A DNA stretch of 64,000 nucleotides from contig JBMNHS010000001.1 in NCBI GenBank assembly GCA_050950505.1, positions 288,001 through 352,000 on the forward strand, in the 5' to 3' direction. This document shows positions 20,658 through 30,626 of the stretch, piece by piece. Source of the stretch: Candidatus Methanomethylophilaceae archaeon. Its GTDB lineage: Archaea; Thermoplasmatota; Thermoplasmata; Methanomassiliicoccales; Methanomethylophilaceae. Both the position numbers and the translations under genes were made by a program. The notes under the pieces were generated by a model that searched no databases, was not told the origin of the DNA, and saw only the letters and a list, made by a program, of their open reading frames with translations. Numbering within the stretch: the stretch's first letter is position 1; every line of letters begins with the position of its first letter.

Positions 20658-21317
20658 ATGGAAAACAACACCCAGGAAAATGCACGTCCCGTTAACGGTA
20701 AAAGCATGTACAGCTACATCGGAGACGCATGGAACGTGCCCGATAAATCTTATGTGAAAGACCTGAACCGCGAGAGAAAGATTCTTTGGAGAAGGGAAGA
20801 GAACTTCATCAGGATCGAAAGGCCCACCCGTTTGGACCGGGCGAGAGCTCTCGGATACAAGGCAAAACAGGGTTATGTCGTCGTAAGGGCCCGTGTCAGA
20901 AAGGGCAGTCTAGGAAAAAGAACCATCAAGGCCGGAAGAAGGGCCAAAAGAAAGGGTATTAACAAAATTACCGCAGGCAAGAGCCTTCAGCGCATGGCTG
21001 AAGAGAGAACTGCGAAGAGATACCCCAACATGGAGGTTCTGAACTCTTATTGGGTCGGTGCCGACGGACAGCACGAATGGTATGAGGTCATCCTGGTGGA
21101 TCCCGCACACCCCGTCATCAAAGCCGACAACAAGATCAACTGGATTTGCGACAACACCAGCAAAGGCCGTGTTTACCGCGGAAAGACTTCCGCAGGCACC
21201 AAGGGCCGCGGAATGAGGCACACCGGAAAGGGAGCTGAAAAGGCCAGACCCTCGGTCAGGGCCAACAAACGCGGCAACAGTGAAAAACAGCGCCTCAAGG
21301 ACCCGAAGAGACACTGA
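20658..21317 (+). CDS. rpl15e: 50S ribosomal protein L15e
   Basis: [26 protein letters not shown] and RG.TSAG. Confidence 0.97.
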   Translation: MENNTQENARPVNGKSMYSYIGDAWNVPDKSYVKDLNRERKILWRREENFIRIERPTRLDRARALGYKAKQGYVVVRARVRKGSLGKRTIKAGRRAKRKGINKITAGKSLQRMAEERTAKRYPNMEVLNSYWVGADGQHEWYEVILVDPAHPVIKADNKINWICDNTSKGRVYRGKTSAGTKGRGMRHTGKGAEKARPSVRANKRGNSEKQRLKDPKRH

Positions 21318-21352
21318 TACGGAACCTCCGTTCCGTTTTAAACCCTTTAACT

Positions 21353-22195
21353 TTATTTTACTTCATTTTTCAGAATGTCCGTCATTTCTTTCACTTTGGA
21401 ATCTGACATTCCTATGGTCGGAAAATAAACCGGCAGGTCGTAATCGGTCACGTTCACGTTTTTGAGATCTTTGAGCGAAGTTCCCAGTACGTAACCCAAC
21501 GCATTGGGCTCTTCTTCGTCCTCTTCGATGAATCTCATATCCGGGTCGTAATGTGCCAGTATTCCGGTTTCATCGTTCCCTTTGGCAATTACCCTGCAAC
21601 CTCTTTTCATCATGAGCCATGCGGACAAGGCGTCACGGTCGTTGCCCACCAGTGCAATTACCCGTCCTTGGGTTCCCACGGGAAGACCTCCGTGGCCTCT
21701 TATGTACTCGTCAAAAACGAAGGCTTTGTTTTCCCTGACCTCGATGAAGAAAACCTTGTCGGGATCCGTCAGGTCAACCCTTACGTTCAGATGTTCGTTG
21801 GCCCGGTAAATCGCCGAGCCGGCTTCGCGTCCGACATCCGTGCTGCGGTAAGGATGCGTTCCCTCCCGTCTTGGTTTTACGGCAAAAGACTCGCCCTCGG
21901 ACAGACGGCCTTCGGAATACTTTGCGGCCGTTCCGCAGATGTCTTCCATTGACGACGAAGTGACTTCGGCGACGGAAAGAGAACCTATTCCGAAAACTTT
22001 CTTCAGGGATTTTATCGTTCCTTCGGTGTCCGAGGTTCTGACGTAAAAACGGGTGTCGCCTCTGTCGATGAGAGCTTCGACACCGTCAGCAGCCAACATG
22101 GACAGCATGGAATCTCTGAGCTGATTCTCATATCTTGTTCTGACCGGGGTACTCTTGAGACCGATCTCCGAATACCTCACCATTATGACGGACAC
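21353..22195 (-). CDS. THUMP-domain ThiI-like protein with degenerate PP-loop
   Basis: VRYSEIGLKS, KVFGI, VDLTDPD and GGLPVGTQG..AWLMMKRG present; SGGxDS absent; GTG start inferred at 22195. Confidence 0.8.
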   Translation of the reverse strand: MSVIMVRYSEIGLKSTPVRTRYENQLRDSMLSMLAADGVEALIDRGDTRFYVRTSDTEGTIKSLKKVFGIGSLSVAEVTSSSMEDICGTAAKYSEGRLSEGESFAVKPRREGTHPYRSTDVGREAGSAIYRANEHLNVRVDLTDPDKVFFIEVRENKAFVFDEYIRGHGGLPVGTQGRVIALVGNDRDALSAWLMMKRGCRVIAKGNDETGILAHYDPDMRFIEEDEEEPNALGYVLGTSLKDLKNVNVTDYDLPVYFPTIGMSDSKVKEMTDILKNEVK

Positions 22196-22268
22196 GGAGT
22201 CTGCTAGACGAAATCCGATAATAACACTTTGCCACACTCTTAATATGGAATCGTCCATCACGGAGCAC

Positions 22269-23090
22269 ATGGACCCGGTATTGTTGATTGCCCTCGTGTT
22301 CGTGGGGCTGTTTGCAGGAATCATGGGGGCCTTGTTCGGCATCGGGGGCGGAATGATCATCGTGCCGATTCTGACAATCGGACTCGGTATGGCCGCAAAG
22401 GATGCGGCGGCGATAAGTCTGGTGGGAATCGTCGCAACCTCCGTCGGCGCGTCTTCGGTTTACGTGGGGCGGGGAATTTCCAACATAAGATTGGGCCTTT
22501 TCATGGAAATCGGTACGGTTATCGGGGCCATCGTCGGTGTTTTCATTGCGATTTACATCAGCAACTTTGTTCTGACGATTGTGTTTTCTGCCGTTACGGT
22601 TTATGCCGGATACAGAATGCTCGCCGAACCGGAAAAGAAAGTGATGCCGACGGATGACCAGGGAAAATATAATATGAAATATTTTGATGAAACCGATAAG
22701 AAATACGTCGGATACAACGTCCGCAATCTCGGAAAGGGCGCCGCGATTTCCTCTGTCGCGGGAGTCATCGCATCCATGACCGGAATGGGCGGAGGAACGA
22801 TCAAAGTGCCCGTGATGAACATGTACATGGGAGTTCCGATGAAAGTGGCCACCGCCACCAGCAATTACATGATAGGAATCACCGCCTTTGCAGGCGCGAT
22901 TCTGTACTTCATCCTGGGCGAAATCGATCTCATGTTCGCCGGAACCGTCGCCGTCGGAGGATTCATAGGTTCAATGATCGGCACGAGAATATCCCCTCAC
23001 ATCGACGGAAAAGCTTTGAGAAAATATTTCGCCGTATTGTTGTTCGTCGTCGCGGTAATCATGGTACTCAATGCGGGAGGTTGTCTGTGA
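22269..23090 (+). CDS. TauE/SafE (TSUP) family exporter
   Basis: GIGGG.IIVP, GMGGGTIKVP and KVATATSNYMIG; multiple TM helices. Confidence 0.9.
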   Translation: MDPVLLIALVFVGLFAGIMGALFGIGGGMIIVPILTIGLGMAAKDAAAISLVGIVATSVGASSVYVGRGISNIRLGLFMEIGTVIGAIVGVFIAIYISNFVLTIVFSAVTVYAGYRMLAEPEKKVMPTDDQGKYNMKYFDETDKKYVGYNVRNLGKGAAISSVAGVIASMTGMGGGTIKVPVMNMYMGVPMKVATATSNYMIGITAFAGAILYFILGEIDLMFAGTVAVGGFIGSMIGTRISPHIDGKALRKYFAVLLFVVAVIMVLNAGGCL

Positions 23091-23362
23091 TGGATCTTTA
23101 CAAAGCGACATCGAAAACCCTTTGGGGAGGCGCGGTGCTGGGTATTGCCATTACCGCAATCGGATTGATGGTGAACATGTTGGGTCACGGCGAAGGAGTC
23201 CTGTGGGCGGGATTGCTGATTTTGATACTGTCCCCGATCATCGGAGTCATGGTAAGCGCCGTTTTTCTCCTGTTGGCCAAAGACTATGCCTGGGCGTCGG
23301 TTGCTTTGATTCTGATTGCGATGACCGCGGTATCGATTATGTTGACGATGTATCTCAACTGA
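23087..23362 (+). CDS. Small membrane protein (DUF1634-like partner of TauE)
   Basis: Three hydrophobic helices, GLLILILSP; GTGA overlap with the TauE stop. Confidence 0.65.
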   Translation: MMDLYKATSKTLWGGAVLGIAITAIGLMVNMLGHGEGVLWAGLLILILSPIIGVMVSAVFLLLAKDYAWASVALILIAMTAVSIMLTMYLN

Positions 23363-23452
23363 GATGCCATAACGCGAACCGCGACATGTTCACCCTTTGT
23401 TGACCGAATCAAAAGTACCGGTAACCTGTTCTGAAAACTTTCCTAAAACCGA

Positions 23453-23540
23453 TGGTGCGGGGGATGGGATTTGAACCCACGAACGCCTACACGAATAGGC
23501 CCTGAACCTATCGCCTTTAGCCAGGCTCGGCAACCCCCGC
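23453..23540 (-). tRNA. tRNA-Leu(CAG)
   Basis: GCGGGGG acceptor, ATAGG-TTCAGGG-CCTAT anticodon arm, long variable arm, CCA encoded. Confidence 0.96.
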
Positions 23541-23635
23541 TTTCTTCGGTTCGGGAGTAACACTTAGTTGTATAAAAAGAAGTACGGCCGGACAGATATC
23601 CGACCTAAAAGCATTTCAGACTTTCAGGATCCCAA

Positions 23636-23872
23636 TCACATCGGGCAGGTTTGGTCGGCCTTCATGATCTTCATCCAGCCGCCGGACTCGTAAATAGCCA
23701 ATCCTCTTTCTTCGATTGCTTCTTCGAATTCATCCCAGGAGATAATCGAGAGCCGTTCGTTGTCGCCCTTGGTGAACTGAACGCCTTCGGTTCCCTTCAC
23801 GCGGCCGGGCTGTAAACCCTTGGCTCTAGCAATCATCTGTGCCTTTCCAAAATCTATTCTATCCATCGCCAT
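23636..23872 (-). CDS. Small hypothetical protein
   Basis: 78-aa ORF with host-like codons, upstream GAAGGGA and an AT-rich TATA-like region; ISWDEFEE..EERGLA motif. Confidence 0.7.
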   Translation of the reverse strand: MAMDRIDFGKAQMIARAKGLQPGRVKGTEGVQFTKGDNERLSIISWDEFEEAIEERGLAIYESGGWMKIMKADQTCPM

Positions 23873-24073
23873 TATTTTTCCCTTCTGAGATAAGCCAGAC
23901 TTACCCCGGCAGAAGAATCTATTTTAATAGTATATAAAGATTAGTTAAAATACCGAGTTATTTCCCATGCTGGCTCATTGAAACTGTCTGAAATCCGTCC
24001 AAAAGAACGGAGAGGCACAAAGGAACAAAGGACCCAACCTGACCCGATTCGGTTGCTTCTGACGGTACTTGCG

Positions 24074-24487
24074 TCATAAATCGAAGCAATCGTCCCGGGT
24101 GTCCGAAAAAATCTTAAGATTCATGACTTCCCCCCGGGAGTTGTAGGCTTTCCAGCTGTTTCTGTCGTAAGGCATACAGGAAATTATGTGAACCCCGCCC
24201 CGGTTGGAAAAATATGACAGGTCTTCCGGAGACGGCCGGTTGGAATATCCGGGATGGGAATGCATCGTCCCCACCAAACTGAAATCCACCGGCGCCATCC
24301 AATCGTTCAGGAAACTGTGGGAATCCCCGTATACCGTGCCCGGGATCAGAACCATCTCCGAAAGTATTCCGTCGTCTTCCCGGATCATACAGAGAAATTC
24401 CTCCGGATGGACGGAACGGGCGGCTTCGTTCAACGCATCTATCAGTTCGATGTATATCCCGCGGATTTTCTTTTTGCCGCCGATCAT
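24074..24487 (-). CDS. JAMM/MPN+ metalloprotease
   Basis: HPEE...HSHPGYSNRPSPED matches E-xn-HxH-x7-S-x2-D; ATG at 24487 overlaps the upstream stop. Confidence 0.9.
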   Translation of the reverse strand: MIGGKKKIRGIYIELIDALNEAARSVHPEEFLCMIREDDGILSEMVLIPGTVYGDSHSFLNDWMAPVDFSLVGTMHSHPGYSNRPSPEDLSYFSNRGGVHIISCMPYDRNSWKAYNSRGEVMNLKIFSDTRDDCFDL

Positions 24488-26091
24488 ATGGCATTCACCA
24501 ATTTGTCTCTCACGTGGGAATAGAAGTCCTTGTCGAGTTTGATGAATCTTGCATAATCTTCCGCTTTGGTGAACTCCACGTGGGTCTCGCCGTCCATTTT
24601 GTATTCGTGCTGACCGTCGATCACAATCAGGCAGCCTTTGTCCATCACCGCTTCGACGGTTATCTTTGCCGTCGACGGAACCACGAAGGGCCTTGACGCG
24701 AATTTGAAAGCCGCCATGGGCACAATCAGGAAAGCTTCCACGTTGGGGTCCGTGATCGGAGCGCCCAGACTCATCGCGTAACATGTGGAGCCGGTGGTGG
24801 TTGACACGATTACCCCGTCGGCTCTGACTTCGGTGGCCAAATGCTCGTTCACATAAATTCTGAACTGCCTTATCTTCGCGACGGAATCCGTATGGATGAC
24901 GGTTTCGTTCACGGCTTCGGCGAGATATTCGTTGTTGTACCAAGTTCTGAGCTTGGATCTTTTTTCAACCGTGTATTCCCCCCGTCTTATTCTTGCGATG
25001 GATTCTTCGATCTCATCCGGCTCTATTTCGGCAAGGAAGCCCACGCCGCCGGCGTTTATGCCGATGACCGCCGCTTCGGTGTGTTGGAACGCCCTGAGTA
25101 TAGTTCCGTCACCCCCCACGACAAGGACTATGTCCGCCTCTATATCGTCCAAAGGCACCCCTTCGGTTCCCATGAGTTTTGCGGCGGAAGTGTCCAGTGT
25201 GACGTTTTCCCCTTTCAGGGCCTCATAGGCCCTCCGAACATACTCTTCCGCGTTTTCCACGAATTCGTTCGCGTATATCGCAAAACGGGCGGAACCGTGT
25301 TCCTTGATGTACGGCCTCATGACGTGATCGTAAACTTCTTTTCCCGAACATGCCACAAAACTTGCGTGTGACCTGTTGTCAAGAGGCATATCCAAGGGGT
25401 TTCCCCCCAGATCGTAAACTTCGCCGCCGGCCTCCCTCAGAATCAATGCGCTGGCGGCAATATCCACCGCCCTGACCCCCCGGCTGTACCTCACGGTGTT
25501 CATGTAATACAGATCCGCGTTGCCCATGGCGAGAAGAGCCATTTCCAGGGAAGCGCATCCCATTGAACGGGAGGTCTTCACGTTTTTGGCCATGCGGAAG
25601 GCTTCGTCCGGCGCGGCGTTCCCCATATAGATCATGGCGAACAGATTTGCCAGATCCGGTTCCCTGACGTGTATTTTCCTTCCGTTGTAGTACGCACCTT
25701 TTCCTCTGAATGCCCAGAATTCGTCTCCGGTGGCCAAATTCCTAAGAAACGCGGTGTGTATTCCGCAAATCGAATCTTTTCCCACAGCCATGGAAACGGA
25801 ATAGAAAGGAATTTCCGCAGCGGAATTGTTGGTTCCGTCAATCGGATCGAGAACCAGTATTTCGGTCCCGCCGTTGTCGACGAAGCCGATTTCTTCACTG
25901 AGGACGTTTATCCTGAGTCCTTCGGACTCTATGAACTTCAACACCGCATTTTCCGCGACTTTGTCTATTTCTGAAGTCGGCGTACCGTCATCGCCGATGC
26001 AAATCTCGTTGCCGCGGTCACAGGGGGAAGGTATCAGCGATACCGCTTCCTGCACAACGTCGGCAATCCGTCGGAGGGTGTTCAAATCCAT
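24484..26091 (-). CDS. Bifunctional NADP phosphatase/NAD kinase
   Basis: IMPase-like SEE and DPIDGT fused to NAD kinase GGDGT, GFL, NE and ADG....TGST.Y.MS.G. Confidence 0.92.
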   Translation of the reverse strand: MDLNTLRRIADVVQEAVSLIPSPCDRGNEICIGDDGTPTSEIDKVAENAVLKFIESEGLRINVLSEEIGFVDNGGTEILVLDPIDGTNNSAAEIPFYSVSMAVGKDSICGIHTAFLRNLATGDEFWAFRGKGAYYNGRKIHVREPDLANLFAMIYMGNAAPDEAFRMAKNVKTSRSMGCASLEMALLAMGNADLYYMNTVRYSRGVRAVDIAASALILREAGGEVYDLGGNPLDMPLDNRSHASFVACSGKEVYDHVMRPYIKEHGSARFAIYANEFVENAEEYVRRAYEALKGENVTLDTSAAKLMGTEGVPLDDIEADIVLVVGGDGTILRAFQHTEAAVIGINAGGVGFLAEIEPDEIEESIARIRRGEYTVEKRSKLRTWYNNEYLAEAVNETVIHTDSVAKIRQFRIYVNEHLATEVRADGVIVSTTTGSTCYAMSLGAPITDPNVEAFLIVPMAAFKFASRPFVVPSTAKITVEAVMDKGCLIVIDGQHEYKMDGETHVEFTKAEDYARFIKLDKDFYSHVRDKLVNAI

Positions 26092-26174
26092 ACATCCCAA
26101 TGTAACTGATTCCCTATTTAGGTTTTGTAGAATTTCAGACAGGTATTATTAGAAGAACCCGGATAAAGCAGAGT

Positions 26175-26828
26175 ATGGAACCGCTGAAGGATTTTCCCGG
26201 GGTTTACGTCAGGGAAAACTCTCTGTATACCCTGTCCGCTAATCCGGGCGTCCGCGTTTACGGGGAACGTATACTGTCCCACGGGGGAAACGAATACAGA
26301 GAGTGGTCTCCGAGACGCAGCAAACTTTCCGCCTACCTCACGTTGGACGGGGATTGTTTTCCTTTCAAGAAAGACAGCAAAGTGCTGTATCTCGGAGCTT
26401 CGGGGGGAACCACGGCTTCCCATGTCGCGGACATCTGTTCCGAAGGTTCCGTGATTTGCGTGGAATTCTCGCCGAGAATGTTCAGGGATCTGGTAACCGT
26501 CTGCGAAGGGCGGAAAAACATGATTCCGCTGTTGGGGGACGCCACCCGTCCTGAGGATTACATGTTCGTGTCCGAAGGCGCCGACATCGTTTACCAGGAC
26601 GTTGCTCAGAAAGGACAGGCGGGAATCATTTCCGACAATATGGAAAAATCAAATGCGAAATACGGAATGGTCGCGATAAAATCCAGATCCGAGGACGTCA
26701 CGGCAGATCCGGCGGAAGTGTTCGGCAGATCCGAAAAATACCTGAAAAACAAAGGATACAGGATTTTGGACAACCGGTCTCTGGAGCCTTTTGAAAAGGA
26801 CCATTCCATGATTGTGTTCGGAGTGTGA
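26175..26828 (+). CDS. flpA: Fibrillarin-like 2'-O-methyltransferase
   Basis: VYGE, YREW.P.RSKL, LYLGASGGTT.SH and YQDVAQ. Confidence 0.96.
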   Translation: MEPLKDFPGVYVRENSLYTLSANPGVRVYGERILSHGGNEYREWSPRRSKLSAYLTLDGDCFPFKKDSKVLYLGASGGTTASHVADICSEGSVICVEFSPRMFRDLVTVCEGRKNMIPLLGDATRPEDYMFVSEGADIVYQDVAQKGQAGIISDNMEKSNAKYGMVAIKSRSEDVTADPAEVFGRSEKYLKNKGYRILDNRSLEPFEKDHSMIVFGV

Positions 26829-26832
26829 CATT

Positions 26833-27174
26833 TTGAAGACCGTGTACACAGTCGCGTTCAAAGACGGAAAATTTCTGATGGTTTTCAATCCCGAAAGAAA
26901 TGGCTGGGAAATGCCCGGCGGAAAAATAGAGAAAAACGAAGACGTGAAAGACGCGGCAATAAGGGAATTTCTGGAAGAATCGGGATATGAGGTGGATATC
27001 GTGTCCGTGAGAAATCTGAACCACTGCTGGGTGTGTTCCGCACGTCTGAAAGACAAAGTGTCGGATTCGGAGATGGAAAGCGAATTGTTCGAAACTCTGC
27101 CCGATGAATTGTTTTTCGATAAAAAAGAGTACGATGAAGTCATACCTTGGGCGCTGAAAGAACTGAACGAATAA
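26833..27174 (+). CDS. NUDIX hydrolase
   Basis: WEMPGGKIE...AAIREFLEESG Nudix box; TTG start inferred. Confidence 0.88.
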   Translation: MKTVYTVAFKDGKFLMVFNPERNGWEMPGGKIEKNEDVKDAAIREFLEESGYEVDIVSVRNLNHCWVCSARLKDKVSDSEMESELFETLPDELFFDKKEYDEVIPWALKELNE

Positions 27175-27254
27175 TCGGGAATGGTCAACCTTTTAATAGT
27201 GGTTGCAGATTGTTGACGCAGTCAAGCCACCAAACCTATTCGGAGTAACAAATC

Positions 27255-27710
27255 ATGGCAAGAATGCACACGAGAAGAAGAGGAAAATCCGGTTCCGACC
27301 GCCCGTTGGTGTCCGAGAATCCCTCATGGGTCCCCATTGGAGAAACAGAAATAGAGGACCTTATTGTGAAACATGCGAAGGACGGTGCGGGATCCGCCAA
27401 AATCGGACTCATACTCAGAGACCAGTACGGCGTACCCGACGTCAAACTCGCCACAGGCAAAACAATCACGCAGATCATGGAAGAAAACAACGTTCTGTCT
27501 TCCATTCCCGAGGATCTTTCGAACCTCATGAGGAAGGCGATTTCCCTTAACGGTCACCTGAAAGAAAACAACCGCGACATAGCCAACAAAAGAGGTCTGG
27601 CTCTCATCGAGGCGAAAATCAGAAGGCTTGAGCGCTACTACAAAGGAAACGGTACTCTTCCCGCAGACTGGAAATATTCTCTGAAGAAAGCAGAACTTAT
27701 GCTTAAGTGA
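27255..27710 (+). CDS. rps15: 30S ribosomal protein S15 (S13e family)
   Basis: MARMHTRRRGKSGS, IGLILRDQYG, PEDL and KIRRL..YYK. Confidence 0.97.
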   Translation: MARMHTRRRGKSGSDRPLVSENPSWVPIGETEIEDLIVKHAKDGAGSAKIGLILRDQYGVPDVKLATGKTITQIMEENNVLSSIPEDLSNLMRKAISLNGHLKENNRDIANKRGLALIEAKIRRLERYYKGNGTLPADWKYSLKKAELMLK

Positions 27711-27718
27711 GAATAACC

Positions 27719-29053
27719 ATGGACCGCAGCGTCCCCCCCAAACTTCTTGAAGAACTTTCAAAAGCCGCGGACATCGTCCGCGGCCACGACTTTATTCATA
27801 TTTTTTCACATTACGACGCGGACGGTCTGTCCTCGGCGGCGATTCTTGCCAAAACCCTGCTGAGGGAAAAGAAAGAATTCCGCGTTACGCTGTTCACCAC
27901 TCTGGATGACGAAACTTTCCGTGAAATCGCCGCAAGCAACGCGGATTGCTTCATTCTTTCGGATATCGGCGCTTCCTACGTGAAAGAACTCGATGGCCTG
28001 AAACCCGACATAATCGTTTTGGACCACCACACCCCCGAGGGAACGGCGGAACGGATCTGTTGCATCAACCCCCATCTCCACGACATCGACGGCATGAAAT
28101 ACGGCTGCGGCGCGACCATGTCCTGTCTGTTCGGAATAACCATGGATGAAAACAATTGGGACTTGGTTCAGATTGCTTTCGCGGGGATGTCGGGAGACCG
28201 TCAGATAATCGACGGGCTGAACGGATATCTTCTGGACGGCGCCGTCAAAAGAAATCTGATAGAAATCGTCGACGGTTCGGTCATTCCTTTCGGAAGCCTT
28301 ACGGACAATCTGTTCCTTGCCGTAGATCCTTACGTCAGAGGGGTGAGCGGAAACGCCGAAGGCGTTGCCGGACTGTTGACGGATGCGGGAATACCGAGAG
28401 ATGCGAAAAGTCAGAATCTTTCGGAAACCGAGAGAAGAAAACTGTCTTCGCTGATTGTTTTGGATCTCGTCGAACAGGGAGTTTCCGCCGAGACCGTCGA
28501 ACAGGTGGCCGACAGAAAGTATTCTCTCAACGGCCGGAACATGGACTCCGCGGAACTGGCTTCTTTGTTGGACGGCTGCGGAAGAAACGGACTCACGGGG
28601 CTGGGGGTCGCTGTGGCCTGCGGGGACGAAGACAGTCTTGCCGAAGCGGAAGAAATCCGCAAAGAATACAGACGGAGCATAGTCCTGGGCGCAAAAGAAC
28701 TGGACGACCGCGGACTGACCCAGGAATCCGATATTCAGTGGTTTGACAGCAGCGAATCCGGTTACACCGGAGTGCTTTGCGGCGTCGCGATGAGTTATTT
28801 TGCCGATCCTTCGAAACCCACATTCGGTATAAACACTTCCGAAGAACTGGGTAAGGTTTCCGGGAGAGCCACCGACAAATTGCTGTCAAGGGGGGTAGAC
28901 CTGTCCGAAGCGCTGAAAAAAGCATGTGCCGCCGTCGGAGGTTCCGGAGGGGGCCACCGTATTGCCAGCGGAGGTTCTTTCCCTTCGGATCACAAAGAAG
29001 AATTCATTAAAATTTTGAATGAAACGATCGGCGAACAGTTCAGCGCCAAGTGA
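27719..29053 (+). CDS. DHH/DHHA1 phosphoesterase (archaeal RecJ-like)
   Basis: HYDADG, DIG, LDHH and GGGH..ASG; conserved position after rps15. Confidence 0.92.
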   Translation: MDRSVPPKLLEELSKAADIVRGHDFIHIFSHYDADGLSSAAILAKTLLREKKEFRVTLFTTLDDETFREIAASNADCFILSDIGASYVKELDGLKPDIIVLDHHTPEGTAERICCINPHLHDIDGMKYGCGATMSCLFGITMDENNWDLVQIAFAGMSGDRQIIDGLNGYLLDGAVKRNLIEIVDGSVIPFGSLTDNLFLAVDPYVRGVSGNAEGVAGLLTDAGIPRDAKSQNLSETERRKLSSLIVLDLVEQGVSAETVEQVADRKYSLNGRNMDSAELASLLDGCGRNGLTGLGVAVACGDEDSLAEAEEIRKEYRRSIVLGAKELDDRGLTQESDIQWFDSSESGYTGVLCGVAMSYFADPSKPTFGINTSEELGKVSGRATDKLLSRGVDLSEALKKACAAVGGSGGGHRIASGGSFPSDHKEEFIKILNETIGEQFSAK

Positions 29054-30026
29054 CTTCCACTTCGTCCGTTCTGAACTTTTGTCTGACTTTAGTTTCGGAT
29101 ATCTCCATTCTCGTACCGGAATCGTACATGAGATGACCCAGCCACGCAATCATGGCGCCGTTGTCCACACACAGTCTGCGGTCGGGAACAAACATTTCCG
29201 CTCCTCTGGCTTCTGCCATCTCCCCCGCCATTTCCCTGAGACGTTGGTTCTGCACCACGCCGCCTCCGAGAAGGACTTCGTGTTTTCCCGTGTGGGCCAT
29301 TGCTCTTTCGGTGACTTCCGTCAACATCGCAAAGGCCGTTTCCTGCACGGACATGGCTATGTCTTCCAATCTGTGACCTTTTTTGTAAAGAGCCAGGGCC
29401 GCGGTCATGATGCCCGAAAAAGAAACGTCCATCCCTTTCACGGAATACGGAATGTCCAGGAGTTCTTCGCCGCCTCTCGCAAGTTCTTCGATTTTTGGTC
29501 CGGCATAGAAACCCAGACCCAGTTCCCTTCCGAGTTTGTCAAACATGTTTCCGATGCCTATGTCTTCGGTTTCCCCGAATATTCTGTATCTTCCTTCGGA
29601 GAACGCGATTATCTGGGTGTTGCCGCCGGAAGCGTACAACAGGGCGGGGTCTTCGCAACCCTGAAGTTTACGGCCGATTTCGATGTGGGCGATGCAATGA
29701 TTCACGCCCATTATCGGAATTTTGAGTCTGTGGGAAAGGGTTCTCGCGGCAGTGGCGGATGTTTTCAGACAGGGTCCCAGTCCCGGGCCCATCGAAAAGG
29801 AAACGAGATCCACGTCGTTTATGCTTATGCCCGCCTGATCCAGAGCTTTTTCGACATCCGCCGCCACATTCTCCGCATGATGGTTGGCGGCCTCTCTGGG
29901 ATGGAGTCCTCCCTGAGGGGGGCGGTACATGTCTATCACATTCGCTATGACAACGCCGTCATCGTCGGAATCGACGATTCCCACACCCAAAGTGTGAGCG
30001 GTGCTTTCGATACCCAGTGTTATCAT
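29040..30026 (-). CDS. kae1: KEOPS t6A synthase Kae1 (stand-alone)
   Basis: [31 protein letters not shown] and DNGAMIAW. Confidence 0.96.
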   Translation of the reverse strand: MITLGIESTAHTLGVGIVDSDDDGVVIANVIDMYRPPQGGLHPREAANHHAENVAADVEKALDQAGISINDVDLVSFSMGPGLGPCLKTSATAARTLSHRLKIPIMGVNHCIAHIEIGRKLQGCEDPALLYASGGNTQIIAFSEGRYRIFGETEDIGIGNMFDKLGRELGLGFYAGPKIEELARGGEELLDIPYSVKGMDVSFSGIMTAALALYKKGHRLEDIAMSVQETAFAMLTEVTERAMAHTGKHEVLLGGGVVQNQRLREMAGEMAEARGAEMFVPDRRLCVDNGAMIAWLGHLMYDSGTRMEISETKVRQKFRTDEVEVTWR

Positions 30027-30265
30027 TTGTTTTCTGCGATCTCCATGATTTTCTCAAGAACTTTTATGGAACCTTCGGCGACGAACTCGTCATCGAGCAC
30101 CAGTACCGGAAAGGTTTTGTCCAGGATTTCACAGAACGCTCCCTCGGCCAGTCCGTCGACGGTGTCGACGTTCAGGATTTTTGGTTCAATTCCGGAAGGA
30201 AGTCTTTCCTTTACATAATCGCATTTCGGACAATCGTTCTTGGTGAACAGTTTGATCTCGACCAT
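30023..30265 (-). CDS. Glutaredoxin/NrdH-like redox protein
   Basis: CPKC active site and cis-Pro-like FPVL; ATGA overlap with kae1. Confidence 0.8.
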   Translation of the reverse strand: MVEIKLFTKNDCPKCDYVKERLPSGIEPKILNVDTVDGLAEGAFCEILDKTFPVLVLDDEFVAEGSIKVLEKIMEIAENK

Positions 30266-30389
30266 GATGCGGGAGAAACTTCTCACGATTAAAGACTATC
30301 GTGAACGTGTGCCAGAACGACCGCTGAAACGAAGAGGGATTCGACCGAATGAAAAGATATAATTACTTAGAGAGTATCGGTTGTTCATC

Positions 30390-30466
30390 GGGCTCGTGGT
30401 CTAGTTGGTTATGACGTCGCATTGACATTGCGAAGGTCGCCAGTTCAAATCTGGCCGGGCCCACCA
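30390..30466 (+). tRNA. tRNA-Val(GAC)
   Basis: GGGCTCG acceptor, TCGCA-TTGACAT-TGCGA anticodon arm, GTTCAAATC, CCA encoded. Confidence 0.96.
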
Positions 30467-30626
30467 TATCTTACTTCATTCCCGCAACTTTGTTGACTTT
30501 ATAGATAATACTTATTATACCGGGGTTATACGCAAAACAAGCCACGGTATTGAAAATGACGGAATCCCGCATCCGTTTCTTCGGAATGGGGATCCGTTGC
30601 TTGCAAAAGGATGGGACTGAGAAAAC

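Noticed and set aside
24488-24943. Long N-terminus on the JAMM ORF
   Set aside because: Out-of-frame overlap with the NAD kinase gene; the ATGA-coupled start at 24487 fits better
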